Shown: piece after piece, positions 62,123 through 64,000 of the stretch
How positions within the stretch are numbered: the first letter of the stretch is position 1
Layout: each line of letters begins with the position of its first letter
Assembly: GCA_951813075.1 (NCBI GenBank)
Contig: OX638343.1
Span: 1,688,739 to 1,752,738 of the forward strand
Direction of reading: 5' to 3'
Source of the DNA: Arenicellales bacterium
Lineage (GTDB): Bacteria > Pseudomonadota > Gammaproteobacteria > Arenicellales > JAJDZL01
Length of the DNA stretch: 64,000 nucleotides
Program-made: the position numbers and the translations under genes
The notes under the pieces: model-generated
The model's input: the letters and a program-made list of their open reading frames with translations, nothing else
Databases searched by the model: none
Told to the model about the DNA's origin: nothing

Positions 62123-64000
62123 ATGATGAACTCATTAGATGCAAATGGAATGCAGGCAGCGATAGCACATCTTTTTGATGAGGTATCGTACAGCCTTGCT
62201 CGATATCTGAGGAATATATTGCCAAGTCTGATTGACGACTGGTGGGATACCGCTGTCATCAGCGCACTGTCTTTTCAACAACGACGTAGGGTAAGTGAAC
62301 GAGGCGTCAACTCCTTGGAATCCTTGGAATTTACTGCGCTTCTTCGTGTACTTGATCAAAATTGGAATCTGGTATCAACTAAATTAGAACTACCGGATGA
62401 AACGCGCCATTTCGTAAAAGAGATGCAAACAGTCCGAAACCGATGGGTGCATGTAGATAGTGATCAAATTATTGTGGACGATGCCTACAGGGACTTGGAT
62501 ACACTGCAACGATTTGCACTCTTTGTCGATTGTGACAAAAGTCTACTTGAGTCGGTGCGTGAACTAAAATCATCTCTACTTCTCAGCGAGCGTACGAGCC
62601 GCACTCAAGAGAATAGAGACTTAGAAAGTACTGCTTGGGAATCAAAAGAGTCAAATACAGAATTTCTCCCCGGCCAGATTGTTCATCTCCAAGCCAATCC
62701 GTCGATGCGAGGTGTTGTTGTAAGTTCAACTCCGGGCGAACCGGAAAATCGGATCTCAGTGTTCATGGAAGGTGTAATTCGCACTTTCTATGTTTCGCAA
62801 TTGATTCCAGAAGATTGTCCACAGATTGAGTATGAATACTTACCAGGGAACGATTTTCACTCATATCTCACCTCTTTGCAAATTCAATATCCAGGCCTTT
62901 CGACTCTCTACTCATTAATGGCTGCTCGTGTCAATTTCATCCCATATCAATTCCGACCTGTATTGCGGTTTATACGGTCGGATCGTCCTCGATTGCTGAT
63001 CGCTGATGGTGTCGGCGTAGGTAAAACTATCGAAGCAGGCTTGATTCTTCGAGAACTTCAAGCTAGGCGCAACATTCGATCAATATTAATTATTTGTCCC
63101 AGACCGTTGGTGACCGAACGAAAATGGCAGATTGAAATGAAACGGTTTGATGAAAGCTTTGTACATCTAGACGGTCCGGCACTGAGATACTGTATCAATG
63201 AATTGGATTTAGAAGGGTCCTGGCCTACGCAGTACCAACGAATTATCGTTCCGTATTCCCTTTTTGATGATTTCCTTTTGCATGGTTCTAATAGCAAACA
63301 AAAATTAATGAAAGGATTAGTGGACTTGGATCCGCCACCGAGATTTGACTTGGTTATCGTAGATGAAGCACATCATATTCGGAATAAAGATACTTTCAGT
63401 CACAAGGCTGTTCGATATTTCTGCGATTATGCGGAGGCTGTAATATTCCTGACCGCAACCCCAATCCAACTTGGTAGCGACGATTTGTTTGTCCTATTGA
63501 ATACCCTCCGCCCTGACCTTATCATTGATCGAGAAAGTTTTGAACACATGTCTGAACCAAATCCGTTCATCAATCGAGCGGTAGACTTAGCACGTTCACA
63601 AGAACTGGGATGGGTTGATTCGGCTATTGCGGTTTTGGATGAAGCGGCAGATACTCCTTGGGGACGTGCAATACTCAGACACAATCCGGATTTCAAACGA
63701 ATATTTGCGCGGCTAACGGAAGGCAAGATAGGCCCAGAAAAACGCGTGCAGTTGATCACTGACCTCGAAGCATTGCATACGTTTTCAGGGATAATCAATC
63801 GAACGCGTCGCCGGGACATCGGCGAGTTTACGGTACGAAAACCAGAGTCGATCGTTGTTCAATTTACTCCGAATCAAAAGGAACTACACGACGAACTGCT
63901 TCAAGTTCAAGCAGAAATTTTTTTCAGACTACATGGCGATTCTATGGTCAATTTCTTGATGACCACAATTCGGCGCCAAGCAGCGAGTTGCCTATTTGGG
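62123..64000 (+). CDS. Swt1-like HEPN domain fused to an SNF2-family helicase (runs off the window; absent from the ORF track)
   Basis: Open frame from ATG 62123 to the end: LLRVLDQNW, VRNRWVH (RxxxxH), PYQFRPV, LLIADGVGVGKTIEAG, VDEAHH, LTATPIQ. Confidence 0.88.
   Translation, partial: MMNSLDANGMQAAIAHLFDEVSYSLARYLRNILPSLIDDWWDTAVISALSFQQRRRVSERGVNSLESLEFTALLRVLDQNWNLVSTKLELPDETRHFVKEMQTVRNRWVHVDSDQIIVDDAYRDLDTLQRFALFVDCDKSLLESVRELKSSLLLSERTSRTQENRDLESTAWESKESNTEFLPGQIVHLQANPSMRGVVVSSTPGEPENRISVFMEGVIRTFYVSQLIPEDCPQIEYEYLPGNDFHSYLTSLQIQYPGLSTLYSLMAARVNFIPYQFRPVLRFIRSDRPRLLIADGVGVGKTIEAGLILRELQARRNIRSILIICPRPLVTERKWQIEMKRFDESFVHLDGPALRYCINELDLEGSWPTQYQRIIVPYSLFDDFLLHGSNSKQKLMKGLVDLDPPPRFDLVIVDEAHHIRNKDTFSHKAVRYFCDYAEAVIFLTATPIQLGSDDLFVLLNTLRPDLIIDRESFEHMSEPNPFINRAVDLARSQELGWVDSAIAVLDEAADTPWGRAILRHNPDFKRIFARLTEGKIGPEKRVQLITDLEALHTFSGIINRTRRRDIGEFTVRKPESIVVQFTPNQKELHDELLQVQAEIFFRLHGDSMVNFLMTTIRRQAASCLFG

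Noticed and set aside
1-64000. CRISPR arrays, rRNA, tRNA, riboswitches, integron attC arrays
   Set aside because: No regularly spaced repeats or diagnostic RNA motifs seen by eye; a covariance search was not possible

Overview
Bacterial chromosomal window, probably a Gammaproteobacterium (inferred from the dsbD-tlpA-aroQ-accB-accC-prmA order, fxsA and Fur boxes). Positions 1-39 kb are mostly metabolic and housekeeping. They hold choline sulfatase, a TPP enzyme/sugar ABC/HisD-paralog/LacI catabolic cluster, a Rieske oxygenase, a small defence insert (Clp-fold protease pair, DprA-PRTase), a Shemin-type ALA synthase, the acc/aroQ/dsbD block and a Fur-controlled iron cluster. That cluster includes an unannotated Fur-repressed transcript of about 290 nt with a small ORF. 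Positions 39-64 kb form an eroding defence island: an AAA ATPase plus putative nuclease, Fic, a broken zeta toxin, a five-gene coiled-coil McrBC (CoCoNuT-like) operon with no helicase, a split DUF4209/HEPN gene, group II intron and IS remnants, and a HEPN-SNF2 helicase running off the end. The best candidate for an undescribed system is a lipoprotein with gasdermin-like sequence patterns (58293-59411) encoded directly upstream of an exported S1 serine protease. All family calls come from motif recognition by eye; no searches were run. No rRNA, tRNA or CRISPR array was seen.
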